A stretch of 50,489 nt of DNA from the NCBI GenBank assembly GCA_036795535.1, contig DAIREN010000004.1, positions 1 through 50,489 of the forward strand, given 5' to 3'. The notes under the pieces were generated by a model that made no database searches, was not told where the DNA came from, and worked only from the letters and a program-made list of their open reading frames with translations. A program made the translations under genes and the position numbers. Numbering within the stretch: position 1 is the stretch's first letter; each line of letters opens with the position of its first letter. This DNA is from Spirochaetota bacterium. Lineage in GTDB: Bacteria; Spirochaetota; JAGLSM01; JAKPMW01. Below, piece after piece: positions 25,381 through 34,976 of the stretch.

Positions 25381-27717
25381 ATGGATGACGAGATGGATTA
25401 CCTGCCCCTCCTTCCCTTGAGGGAGGGGGTACTTTTGCCCGGTGGCGCAACACGGATCTACGTGGGCAGACCGCAGTCTCTTGAGGCTCTGCGCAAGGCC
25501 GGCGAAGGAAATATGCGGATCTTCTGCATCGCCCAGCGGGATGGAACCGTCGAAAACCCGACCGATCCTGCCGACTTTGCCGAATACGGCACCCTCGCAA
25601 AAATTGATTCCATCAGGAACGGAACCCGCGGGATCCGGGTCGTGATCCTCTCGGGACTGCAGGGTGGACGACTTGTCGCGATGGATCCGCTGAGCGGCCT
25701 GGTACAGGTCGAACCGGTCCGGGAGATCGCCGATCTTGATCCCGAAACCATCCACAAGAGCATCTCCGCCTTGCGCAGCTTTAAACCACAGGGCGATACC
25801 CTCGAGCCTGGTCTGAAAGCAAAGATGGAACGGGGTGATTTCGGGAGCATCCTCCAGCGGATCGTGGAACACTTTGCCGTCGTCCCGATCATCGCCGCCG
25901 AACTGGTCAGGGAGCCTTCCCAAAAGGCCCGTCTCGAAAAGCTGGTCACGATTCTCGAGATTCAGCGGGATACCGGTTCGATCCGGGACGAGATGCATGC
26001 CCGGGTCAAACAGAGGATCCGTGATACCCAGCGCGAATATGTCCTCCGCGAGCTTCTCCGGGACGTCAAGGGAGAGCTCGGTGCCGACGGCGTCCATGAG
26101 GAAGACGATTTCGCTTCGACCCTGGCACAGGTCCCCCTCCCGAGGGAAGCCAGACAGAGAGTTGATCGCGAATTGAAACGCCTTGAGGTTGTTCCGCCCA
26201 TGTCTCCGGAGTATGGGGTGATCCGCGGTTATCTTGAGTGGCTGAGGGACCTCCCCTGGAGCCAGACTTCAAAAGAAGAAATGGATATCCGCAAAGTCCG
26301 CAAGAGTCTTGATGCGAGCCATTACGGACTCGAGGATGTCAAACGGGGAATCCTGGAATTTGTCGCAGCCCGCTGGCTGGCCGGAGAAAAAGGCCGTGGT
26401 TCCATCCTCTGCCTCGTCGGTCCACCGGGAACCGGGAAAACGAGTCTGGCCATGGCCATGGCCGAGGCACTCGGAAGAAAATTTGTACGCATGTCTCTGG
26501 GCGGAATGCGAGATGAGGCAGAGATCCGAGGACACAGACGGACCTATGTCGGAGCCATGCCAGGAAAGATCATACAGCACCTGCGCAAGGTCGGGACCTC
26601 CAACCCGGTCTTCCTGCTCGACGAGATAGACAAACTGGGCAATGATTATCGTGGCGATCCTTCCTCCGCTTTGCTGGAAGTCCTTGACCCCGAGATCAAT
26701 AACGCGTTTCAGGATCACTACCTTGAGGTGGAGTACGATCTCTCCCAGGTCTTTTTTGTGACAACGGCAAATTCCATCCACGGAATCCCGGGCCCCCTCG
26801 CAGACCGGATGGAAGTGATCACCATCCCGGGATACACCGAGGCCGAGAAACGCGCCATCGCCATGCGCTATCTTGTCCCACGGCAGTTCGAACGGAACGG
26901 ACTCAAGACCGGAGACCTCGAGATCCTTCCCGATGCCATTGAGCATCTCATCGACGGGTATACCCGCGAGGCCGGGGTGCGCGGGTTGGAACGGGAGATC
27001 CAGCGGATCTGCCGGAAACAGGCCCTCGCCATCCTTGAAAAAAAGAGCAAGTCGCACACCCGGATCGACGCCACGGCGCTGGCACGGGTCCTCGGCAAGC
27101 CACGCCACAAGAACAGCGAGATGTTGCGGATCGACAGGCCGGGCCTGGTCCATGGACTGGCCTGGACCGCAGTGGGCGGTCAGGTCCTGGATATCGAAGC
27201 CCGGGCCTCCCGCGGCCAGGCCCGTCTCCTTCTGACGGGAAAACTGGGCTCAGTCATGCAGGAATCCGCACAAACGGCCCTCTCGCTTGTACGCTTCATG
27301 CTCGACAACAAAACTGAAACCAATTTCTCCGAAACCGATTTCCATGTCCACGTTCCCGAAGCGGCAACCCCGAAGGATGGGCCCTCGGCCGGCATAACCA
27401 TTGCCAGCGCGATCTATTCCGCAATCACCGGCAGGATTGCTCCGTCGGATATTGCCCTGACCGGCGAGGTCTCCCTTCTTGGACGGGTCCTCCCGATCGG
27501 CGGGTTGAAAGAAAAGGTCCTGGCTGCCAAACGCCTCGGTGTCCAGAGGATCATCATTCCCGATGGAAACCGTCCCGATCTTGAAGAGATTGACCGCGAG
27601 ATACGCAAGGGACTCGTATTTCTCCCCGTTCGTGATTTTGAAGAAGTCGTCAAGGAGCTGTTCCCCCAAAAAGGCAAGGGGCCAGCCCAAGGAACAACCC
27701 GGAAGAATCCGGGTTGA
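25381..27717 (+). CDS. lon: Lon protease
   Basis: LON N-domain LPLLPLREGVLLPG, Walker A GPPGTGKTS, catalytic PKDGPSAG. Confidence 0.95.
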   Translation: MDDEMDYLPLLPLREGVLLPGGATRIYVGRPQSLEALRKAGEGNMRIFCIAQRDGTVENPTDPADFAEYGTLAKIDSIRNGTRGIRVVILSGLQGGRLVAMDPLSGLVQVEPVREIADLDPETIHKSISALRSFKPQGDTLEPGLKAKMERGDFGSILQRIVEHFAVVPIIAAELVREPSQKARLEKLVTILEIQRDTGSIRDEMHARVKQRIRDTQREYVLRELLRDVKGELGADGVHEEDDFASTLAQVPLPREARQRVDRELKRLEVVPPMSPEYGVIRGYLEWLRDLPWSQTSKEEMDIRKVRKSLDASHYGLEDVKRGILEFVAARWLAGEKGRGSILCLVGPPGTGKTSLAMAMAEALGRKFVRMSLGGMRDEAEIRGHRRTYVGAMPGKIIQHLRKVGTSNPVFLLDEIDKLGNDYRGDPSSALLEVLDPEINNAFQDHYLEVEYDLSQVFFVTTANSIHGIPGPLADRMEVITIPGYTEAEKRAIAMRYLVPRQFERNGLKTGDLEILPDAIEHLIDGYTREAGVRGLEREIQRICRKQALAILEKKSKSHTRIDATALARVLGKPRHKNSEMLRIDRPGLVHGLAWTAVGGQVLDIEARASRGQARLLLTGKLGSVMQESAQTALSLVRFMLDNKTETNFSETDFHVHVPEAATPKDGPSAGITIASAIYSAITGRIAPSDIALTGEVSLLGRVLPIGGLKEKVLAAKRLGVQRIIIPDGNRPDLEEIDREIRKGLVFLPVRDFEEVVKELFPQKGKGPAQGTTRKNPG

Positions 27718-27731
27718 TGAAAGGACTCATG

Positions 27732-29324
27732 ATGAAACATAAAATACTGATCAGCGACAGTTTTTCCAAAGAAGGAATCGAAATCCTCACGCGAGAGCCG
27801 GGATTTGACGTGATATACACCCCCGGACTCAACGAAGACCAGCTCTGCGAGGCGATCCGGGATGTCGATGCCCTCATCATCCGCAGCGCGAGCCGTGTCA
27901 CAGCGCGCGTGCTGGCATCAGCCGAAAAGCTCGCCCTCGTAGCGCGGGCCGGTGTCGGGACGGACAACATCGACAAGAAGGCCGCCACGGACCGCGGCGT
28001 GATCGTCATGAACGCACCCAGCGGGAATTCGGTTTCGACAGCCGAACTGGCCTTGGCGCATATTTTTGCGCTGGCACGGCACATTCCCCAGGCCAATGCC
28101 TCCATGAAGGCCGGCATCTGGGAAAAAAAGAAGTACAACGGTGTCCAGCTTGCCGGCAAGACCATCGGCATCATCGGATTGGGCCGGATTGGAAGCAATC
28201 TGGCACGTCGCTGCAAGGCCTGTGACATGCGCGTCATCGGGTCGGATCCGTTTTTGAGCGATGAGCAGATCACGATGATCGGGGTTGAACCGGTCGAACT
28301 TGATGTAATGTGGAAGACCGCGGATGTCATCTCGGTTCACGTTCCGATGACGGAGAAAACACGGGGTTTGATCGGCGAGCGGGAGATTGCCATGATGAAA
28401 CCCACAACGATGCTCGTCAACTGCGCCAGAGGCGGGATCATGGACGAGGCTGCGGTGGCCGCGGCCGTTTCGTCCGGAAAACTTGCCGGTGCCGCCTTTG
28501 ATGTCTTTACCGAAGAACCCCCAAAGGATTCTCCCTTTGTCGCGGTTGAAAATATCGTCATGACCCCGCATCTTGGGGCCTCAACCGAAGAAGCCCAGGT
28601 CGAGGTGGCGATAGAAACAGCCCAGGAGATCGTGGATTATTTTACCAGCGGCATGATCAAGAATTCCGTCAACATGCCCGCCATGGATGCGGCCACCCTG
28701 GCGGTCATGCAGCCCTGGATCCGGCTCTCCGAGCGGATGGGAAGTTTCATGGCCGGCCTGGCCAACACCGGCGTTACGGGGGTCGTCCTGACCTATGCCG
28801 GAGATCTCGCCGACAAACAGGTCTGGTTCCTGACCCAATCGGCTCTCAAGGGACTCCTGGATCCGGTTCTTTCAAACGAGGTCAATTTCGTCAACGCACC
28901 TGTCATGGCCAAAGAACGCGGGATCCAGGTCTCGGAGAGGCGGGAATCCATTCCCAACGAATCAGGCCCGGTTCTCAGCCTGCAGGTCACAACCTCCAAC
29001 GGAGAGGTTCATGAACTTCGGGGAACAGTCTCAGGCAGCGATATCCGCTGTACGAGTCTGGACGGTTTTGCCTTCATCCTGGAGCCGGCCGGAACAATTC
29101 TGGTCGTCCATAACCGGGACGTCCCCGGCGTGGTCGGCCTGCTCGGAACAAAACTGGGAAATGCCGGCGTGAACATTGCCAGCATGCGACTCGGCCGGCG
29201 GTCAAAAGGGAGCGAGGTTCTGACGATTCTCTCCATCGACGGAGATGTTCCCGAAACAGTCCTGGCCGAAATCAGGAACGAAGCGCCGATCGTCGATGCC
29301 AGAGTGATCGTGTTGCCGCAATAA
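27732..29324 (+). CDS. serA: D-3-phosphoglycerate dehydrogenase (long form with ASB/ACT domains)
   Basis: MKHKILISD..., GIIGLGRIGS NAD site, TPHLGAST, C-terminal ACT-like region. The track start 27714 is a TTG overlapping the lon stop. ATG 27732 has AAGGA 6 nt upstream. Confidence 0.9.
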   Translation: MKHKILISDSFSKEGIEILTREPGFDVIYTPGLNEDQLCEAIRDVDALIIRSASRVTARVLASAEKLALVARAGVGTDNIDKKAATDRGVIVMNAPSGNSVSTAELALAHIFALARHIPQANASMKAGIWEKKKYNGVQLAGKTIGIIGLGRIGSNLARRCKACDMRVIGSDPFLSDEQITMIGVEPVELDVMWKTADVISVHVPMTEKTRGLIGEREIAMMKPTTMLVNCARGGIMDEAAVAAAVSSGKLAGAAFDVFTEEPPKDSPFVAVENIVMTPHLGASTEEAQVEVAIETAQEIVDYFTSGMIKNSVNMPAMDAATLAVMQPWIRLSERMGSFMAGLANTGVTGVVLTYAGDLADKQVWFLTQSALKGLLDPVLSNEVNFVNAPVMAKERGIQVSERRESIPNESGPVLSLQVTTSNGEVHELRGTVSGSDIRCTSLDGFAFILEPAGTILVVHNRDVPGVVGLLGTKLGNAGVNIASMRLGRRSKGSEVLTILSIDGDVPETVLAEIRNEAPIVDARVIVLPQ

Positions 29325-29332
29325 ATTCTACA

Positions 29333-29785
29333 ATGGACGGAATCACCTTCAAGCGGATCTCCCGGAGGGGCCTCTGGGAGATCGAGCCGCTCTGGCAGCG
29401 GCTGAATGCCCTGCATGCCGACGTTTCCCCCCATTTCGGGGACCTCCACGAAAATCTCACGTTTGACCGGAGAATGGGCGGGCTCTTCCGCCTTGAGGAT
29501 CAGGATCTCCACATCCTGGCCGCCTGCTCGGAATCCCGCATGATCGGCTACGTCGTAGCCGTGGTCTATGAGGGTCGTGGCGAAATCGAGTCCCTGTTTG
29601 TCGACGAAGCATTCCGGCGACGGGGAATCGGCCGGGAACTCTGTGTCCGGTCCATGTCATGGATGCGGGAACGGGAATGCCGCACCATGGTTGTCGCTGT
29701 CTCGTTCGGGAATGAATCCGTCATTCCTTTTTACCGATCGCTCGGTTTTTGCGAGCGGATGGTCTATCTCCAGCACAAGGAATGA
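29333..29785 (+). CDS. GNAT-family N-acetyltransferase
   Basis: IESLFVDEAFRRRGIGRELC (motif A, R-x-x-G-x-G) and ...PFYRSLGF. Confidence 0.8.
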   Translation: MDGITFKRISRRGLWEIEPLWQRLNALHADVSPHFGDLHENLTFDRRMGGLFRLEDQDLHILAACSESRMIGYVVAVVYEGRGEIESLFVDEAFRRRGIGRELCVRSMSWMRERECRTMVVAVSFGNESVIPFYRSLGFCERMVYLQHKE

Positions 29786-29800
29786 CGGATTCTCCCCGGA

Positions 29801-30757
29801 TTACCGGACACCCGCAGAAACAAATTGCTCAAGCTCGTTCCACGCCAGGAAAACCGAATAATCCCCCTCGGCATACGACCCTGCAATATAGGGATCGAAA
29901 TGGAAATCCAGACCGGTGGGTGTGATGCAAAAATTCTCGAGATGCCCGCCGTTAACCTCGTTCGGCCAGCTTGCGCCCTTCTCCCTGAGTTTGTCCTGCA
30001 CCAGTCTGAGAAGCGGTTCAAGCATTCCCGTCCGGAGAAGACTGCCAAGCCTCAGGACCCGTGCCGATTCTCCGGAGATGGCAAAATTGAACGAGTGCGT
30101 CCATCTTCCTGGATGGGCACCTCCGGTGTAGGTATACAGGGCGAAACGCACGCTGACAAACCGTTCTGTCGCCGCATACAGGTCATACCCGAGATGGTGT
30201 GCCCAAAGTCCGGTATTTCCGTCCCGTTCCTCCGGATCTGCTGAACTCTTGAGGAAGGCAGCATGATTTGAAACGGCAAAATTCGAGAGAATTGCGGTTA
30301 TTGTGGTATTGGCATACGTGTTATACCCGCCCACAACCGGCCAGGCGCAGGAGGCTTCGTGACGATTCTCCCGAAAATCGCCGACCACCCGCTCCCGTGC
30401 AACCACCCGGGCCGGAAACTCCTGCCTTTGTGACCGCCAGGTCCAGACCGGACGGAAGATTGCCGTTGTTCCGTCCGGGATATCTGCCGTGATGCTTCCC
30501 GGCAGGATCGCTTTGTTTGTCGACGTAAACACGATCTGCGTGTCCATAAGCCGACCTTCCAACTGGATCTCCATTCCGTTTGCCATCCTTGCCGTCACAG
30601 TCGCAGCATCGCTGCGCACAACCAGATCGGCAATCCATGCCTGTCCGGAGAACGTCCCGGCGAGGTGAAGCCTGAGTCGGGATTCTTCCTGACGGGTTGC
30701 GGCACTCAAGCTGACAGAAAGAATGATGGCCAAAGCAGCAAAGACTGTGTTTTTCAT
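29801..30757 (-). CDS. secreted DUF3298/RsiV-C-like domain protein
   Basis: Signal peptide MKNTVFAALAIILSVSLSAA. The YTGGAHP hallmark, followed by F.I.......L.L..LL and a terminal F.FDPY..G.YAEG pattern. Confidence 0.65.
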   Translation of the reverse strand: MKNTVFAALAIILSVSLSAATRQEESRLRLHLAGTFSGQAWIADLVVRSDAATVTARMANGMEIQLEGRLMDTQIVFTSTNKAILPGSITADIPDGTTAIFRPVWTWRSQRQEFPARVVARERVVGDFRENRHEASCAWPVVGGYNTYANTTITAILSNFAVSNHAAFLKSSADPEERDGNTGLWAHHLGYDLYAATERFVSVRFALYTYTGGAHPGRWTHSFNFAISGESARVLRLGSLLRTGMLEPLLRLVQDKLREKGASWPNEVNGGHLENFCITPTGLDFHFDPYIAGSYAEGDYSVFLAWNELEQFVSAGVR

Positions 30758-30868
30758 GGTCGTTTCTCCAGATTCTCAAGGCGGACAGGGTTGAGGACAC
30801 CGTTTTTTGGTGAACATTCTCGTGCCCTGTCAGGTAAGTGGTATATCATCCATAACAGGAGCGTACAT

Positions 30869-32494
30869 ATGACACACAAAATGCACACCGTATTCATCCT
30901 GGTCTCCAGCCTCATTGTCAGCCTTGGAATCTTTGCCTCATGCAACTCAAAAGACCAACAGGCGATGTTGCGCCAGGAGCGTGAGTACACCGAAGCGGTC
31001 CGGCATGCCCGGGCACCATCCATGAATGGCGACGGCCTTGCCAAATCCAAGATGGACGGCATGCCGGCCGGCATCGAACACGACAGGGAGCAGTACGAGA
31101 AGCGTACTGAAAACGGCTTTTTCGATGCTGCCCGTATCCCGCTTTCGACTTTCTCCATTGATGTAGATACGGCGTCCTGGGCCAACATCAGACGCTTTTT
31201 GCAATCAGGCCGACTTCCACCAAAAGATGCCGTCCGTCTTGAAGAATGTGTAAATTACTTCCCTTATGCCTACGAGGGGCCAAGCGATGGTCGTCCCTTT
31301 GCCGTGCATGCCGAAGTTGCCGACTGTCCCTGGGCCGAAGGCCGTCAGCTCGTCCGAATTGGCGTCCAGGGAAAGCATATCTCTCTGGAAAACCTTCCCC
31401 CGGCGAACCTTGTTTTCCTCCTGGATGTCTCCGGCTCCATGTTCTCAGAAAACAAGCTGCCCCTTGTAAAAAATGCCCTCTCGATGCTGACACGGAAACT
31501 CAGACCGCAGGATCGCGTTTCGATTGTTGTCTATGCCGGAGCAGCCGGACTGGTTCTTCCCCCGACCAAAGGGAGTGACAAAGAGACAATTCTTGGCGCA
31601 CTGGACCGGCTGCAGGCGGGCGGATCAACGGCTGGCGGAGCAGGCATCAAACTCGCCTACAAGGTCGCTGAAGAGAATTTTGACCGGAACGGAAACAACC
31701 GGGTCATCCTCTGCACGGACGGGGATTTCAACGTCGGAGCTTCGAGTGACGGAGAAATGGTCCGGCTCATCGAAGAAAAGCGGGCCACCGGCGTTTACTT
31801 GACGATCCTTGGCTTCGGGATGGGAAATTACCAAGATGCAAAAATCCAGAAGATGGCTGACGCCGGAAACGGAAATTATTCGTACATCGACTCCGCCATG
31901 GAAGCACGCAAAGTCTTGATCAACCAGATGGGCGGCACGCTCTTGACGATCGCCAAAGATGTCAAGATCCAGATCGAATTCAATCCGGCCTACGTCGGCT
32001 CCTACAGACTTCTCGGGTACGAGAAGCGCATGCTTCGTGCCGAAGATTTCCGTGACGACAAAAAGGATGCCGGAGAACTCGGTGCCGGACATAGCGTGAC
32101 AGCCATCTATGAAATCGTCCCCAAGGGCGGCGCCAATCCTTCCGGATATGTCGAACCCCTGCGCTATGCGACGAACGCGGTCTCGACAGGCGTCTTGAAC
32201 AATGAACTTGTGACCGTCAAATTGCGCTACAAACTTCCGGGCAATGACACGAGCACCGGTTTCTCCATTCCTGTCCGGACAGGTTCCACCAGGATCGACA
32301 AAGCCTCCCAGGAAATGCGCTTCGCTGTTTCGGTGGCCGAAGCAGCCCTGCTCCTGTACGGTTCGGAATTCAAAGGCAAGGCAGATTGGAACACCCTGAT
32401 CGATCGTGCCAAAAGCAGTCTCGGCCGGGATGAGGAAGGGTATCGCGCAGAGTTTATCCGTCTGGCCAAACTTGCCGCCGGGATGCAGGACTGA
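30869..32494 (+). CDS. lipoprotein with a von Willebrand factor A domain (YfbK-like)
   Basis: ATG 30869 with AGGAG 7 nt upstream. Lipobox GIFASC. N-terminal STFSIDVDTASWANIRRFL...VNYFPY. MIDAS LLDVSGSM. C-terminal DUF3520-like region. Confidence 0.8.
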   Translation: MTHKMHTVFILVSSLIVSLGIFASCNSKDQQAMLRQEREYTEAVRHARAPSMNGDGLAKSKMDGMPAGIEHDREQYEKRTENGFFDAARIPLSTFSIDVDTASWANIRRFLQSGRLPPKDAVRLEECVNYFPYAYEGPSDGRPFAVHAEVADCPWAEGRQLVRIGVQGKHISLENLPPANLVFLLDVSGSMFSENKLPLVKNALSMLTRKLRPQDRVSIVVYAGAAGLVLPPTKGSDKETILGALDRLQAGGSTAGGAGIKLAYKVAEENFDRNGNNRVILCTDGDFNVGASSDGEMVRLIEEKRATGVYLTILGFGMGNYQDAKIQKMADAGNGNYSYIDSAMEARKVLINQMGGTLLTIAKDVKIQIEFNPAYVGSYRLLGYEKRMLRAEDFRDDKKDAGELGAGHSVTAIYEIVPKGGANPSGYVEPLRYATNAVSTGVLNNELVTVKLRYKLPGNDTSTGFSIPVRTGSTRIDKASQEMRFAVSVAEAALLLYGSEFKGKADWNTLIDRAKSSLGRDEEGYRAEFIRLAKLAAGMQD

Positions 32495-32732
32495 GCGGAA
32501 TTCCACGCACTGCCGGATCCGGTCCGGACTGAGGATGTTCACCAAAACAACGACTCTCTGGATGCCATCCCATCCGGGGAGTCTCTCTTCCATCCAAACA
32601 CCTCGCAATCATCCATCCTGCGGACGCAACCCTGAGCGTTCAGCCTGACCATGCCTGGCCTGCGGAGACGATCGCGTCAGGCGATCAAGCAAGGCGAAGC
32701 ACCCGGGGCCGGCCAGGCATTCGTGGGCAGAC

Positions 32733-32766
32733 AAAACGCAACCCCTGTGGGAGCAGGGGCTGCGTT
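32733..32766 (-). terminator. rho-independent terminator of the orphan 661-aa gene
   Basis: 13-bp stem with one mismatch: aacgcaacccctg (32735-47) / caggggctgcgtt (32754-66), loop tgggag. The upstream AAAA on the + strand gives a U-tract on the reverse strand. It lies 26 nt after the stop at 32792. Confidence 0.65.
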
Positions 32767-32791
32767 CCCTACAGATATGGACAGGACAGGA

Positions 32792-34777
32792 TCAGCGGGC
32801 ATTCATCAACTGGTTCCAGAGAGCAGTGCGATAATTCTTGTGGTTGTTCCAATATTCGTTGATCAAGCCGCGATATTTGTTGATGGCCTGTTTTTCGGAG
32901 TTGTCCCGCACGAAGTAGTTTTTGACTTCATCGTCATTATGGACTCTCTTCCATTTATCATCGATATCACGGAGCAAGTCGTTCCACTCACTTCCGAGCA
33001 TCATCTCCCTGAGCTTGCGCGTCTGTTCTGGTGTTTCCCCCTCGACCCCGCGTATTTCCCTCAATGCCTCCTGGTAAAACTCCCGGACGGCCTCGTTGGT
33101 CCCGTCCCGCATCTTGCGGCGTTGACCGTTGGCGTAGTGGGGAACACAATCATTCATGCACTTGTTTTTGGAGTGACCGGAATGCTTGACACTGATTTTG
33201 ACATCATGAGCCATCTGTCCGGCTTCCTGGGCCGCGCGTATAGCAACCTGCTTCCCTTTATTGCCCGCCGCTTTGGCGGCATTCCCGACGGCACGATAGG
33301 CCGCCTTGAACTCGTCTCCGGCCATATCGACGATCTTGTCCAGAATCGAATTGACCAACCTGTCCGGATTGAACGAACCGGACAGATTGAAATTGATCCG
33401 CTTGCCGAACACCGTCAGATCACAGGCCACACCACCTCCAAACTCCGAACGCATGGCCTTCAGATCGATCGCGATCCGGCGCAGATTGAGGGTAGATGTG
33501 ACCCGGTTGACCAGGACCTTGAGAGCCTTGTGGTTACGCACCCGTTTCAGCAAGATCTCGCGAATGGAATTGTTCATCTCGACGGAAAACTGGAGACCAT
33601 CGTCAAAATTGGCCGTAAAATCGATCTTCCCGTTGAGCGCACTCCCGATTCTCGCTTCTCCCTTGAAGGCGAACCCCTGTGCAATTTCTAGCTGTCCGAC
33701 TTTGCCACCGTTGGGCGAGAAGAGAATCTCGACATCGTTAAGGGCAAGATCCTCGGGGATTACATTCGGCATGCGTTTCCCGAAGACCCTTGTGATGATC
33801 TTGAGGAGATCCGAGTAGTTGAGTTTGTTGACCTTGGCCTGGAAGGCCAACTGTCCGTCCGTCGGTGAAAAATCGACAACAGCCCCGAAGACAAGATCCA
33901 TTATCTTGGCAGTTTCGATTCCGAATCCGATCTTGGTCGGTGTCGGAGATCCGGGAATCCAGCCGATCTCGAAGGCCGCGTTTTCAAACACCACACCTTC
34001 ACGATTTTTGAAGACTCTCGACAGTCCAAGCGGATTCACCCAGCGATCCTGCATGGTTCCGGCAAGTGTCAACTCCTGGGTCACGCAATCATACGAGAAT
34101 TCGGTCAGCGTCGAGAGCGGCTTGTCCCATTGGGTCGGCTGCACGCGCACTGCAGCCTGAACCGAGATGACAGGCGTCAGATCCAGATTGATCAATTTTT
34201 TCTTTTTTTTGGCCGTCTCGCTGATCTGCGGTTTGTCCTCGCTCTTGGCCAACTCGATACCGACATCGAGCGCAAGCGAGAGTCTTTGGACAAAAAGCCG
34301 TGTCCCGAGTTTCGGAATCAGGAGGAGATTGAGATCCCGACGGGAGAACATGAGATCGCCACGGAGGGAGATCCCGCCCGGTGCGACCCGGGCCGTGACA
34401 TCAATGAATGGTGCCTTGATATCCAGCAATCGCACAATCGGTTTGAGATGCTTTTTTGTATCGATCCGGGCAACAATCGCGAGCCCGTCGGCATTCAACT
34501 TGAGGGTGGTGTCCTGGAGCCCGATCCGTTTCAGGACGGAATACCCGGGGACTTTGGAGAGGTCGTCGGTCTGGACCTTTGACTCGAGATTGAGGGGGGT
34601 GATGGTGCCCTGGAATGAAAAACTTCCGACCTGCGGAAGCGTGACAGTCCAGTTTTGCCCCTGACGGGTCGCCTGAATCGAGCCGAAATGCTTGACGGAA
34701 ATCTGTTCGGCAGAAAGCGGAAGCAGAGAGCTGGCAAGGAAGGCTACTGCAAGCAGGATGTTTCGTCGTAATATCAT
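32792..34777 (-). CDS. hypothetical secreted protein, 661 aa, no recognisable domain
   Basis: ATG 34777 preceded by GGAGGA. Signal peptide MILRRNILLAVAFLASSLLPLSAEQ. Long region with beta-rich character, an internal KKKKK, and a charged helical C-terminal region of about 150 aa. It has its own terminator. Confidence 0.7.
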   Translation of the reverse strand: MILRRNILLAVAFLASSLLPLSAEQISVKHFGSIQATRQGQNWTVTLPQVGSFSFQGTITPLNLESKVQTDDLSKVPGYSVLKRIGLQDTTLKLNADGLAIVARIDTKKHLKPIVRLLDIKAPFIDVTARVAPGGISLRGDLMFSRRDLNLLLIPKLGTRLFVQRLSLALDVGIELAKSEDKPQISETAKKKKKLINLDLTPVISVQAAVRVQPTQWDKPLSTLTEFSYDCVTQELTLAGTMQDRWVNPLGLSRVFKNREGVVFENAAFEIGWIPGSPTPTKIGFGIETAKIMDLVFGAVVDFSPTDGQLAFQAKVNKLNYSDLLKIITRVFGKRMPNVIPEDLALNDVEILFSPNGGKVGQLEIAQGFAFKGEARIGSALNGKIDFTANFDDGLQFSVEMNNSIREILLKRVRNHKALKVLVNRVTSTLNLRRIAIDLKAMRSEFGGGVACDLTVFGKRINFNLSGSFNPDRLVNSILDKIVDMAGDEFKAAYRAVGNAAKAAGNKGKQVAIRAAQEAGQMAHDVKISVKHSGHSKNKCMNDCVPHYANGQRRKMRDGTNEAVREFYQEALREIRGVEGETPEQTRKLREMMLGSEWNDLLRDIDDKWKRVHNDDEVKNYFVRDNSEKQAINKYRGLINEYWNNHKNYRTALWNQLMNAR

Positions 34778-34809
34778 GGTTCCTCCGGTGTGGTAGTATG
34801 CCTGCAGTC

Positions 34810-34860
34810 AAAAAAACACGGCTCCGCGGTTTGATGCGGAGATTGCGTGATCGCGTGTTT
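34810..34860 (-). terminator. terminator-like nested hairpin with a U7 tract, 33 nt upstream of the orphan gene start
   Basis: Reverse strand: AAAAACACG-cgatcacgcaat-CTCCGC-atcaaacc-GCGGAG-c-CGTGTTTTT-TT. This gives a 9-bp outer stem and a 6-bp inner stem. It could be a second metH terminator or a 5'-leader element. Confidence 0.45.
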
Positions 34861-34912
34861 TTGATTGCACCATTAGTAACACGAGAGAAAACCAATTGTC
34901 ATCGGAATGACG

Positions 34913-34952
34913 AAAAAATCCCGGCAGTCGGCCACCCCCCGACCATCTGCCG
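34913..34952 (-). terminator. rho-independent terminator of metH
   Basis: Reverse strand: CGGCAGATGGTCGGGGGGTGGCCGACTGCCG (GC-rich hairpin, 34952-34922), followed by GGATTTTTT. It lies 25 nt after the TAG at 34977-79. Confidence 0.7.
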
Positions 34953-34976
34953 ATGTCAGGAGAGAGGCTGATGCAC

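Noticed and set aside
31625-33691. Long ORFs 31625..32608 (-) and 32651..33691 (+)
   Set aside because: They are antisense to the vWA gene and to the orphan secreted-protein gene respectively. They lack SD sites and have no domain signatures.
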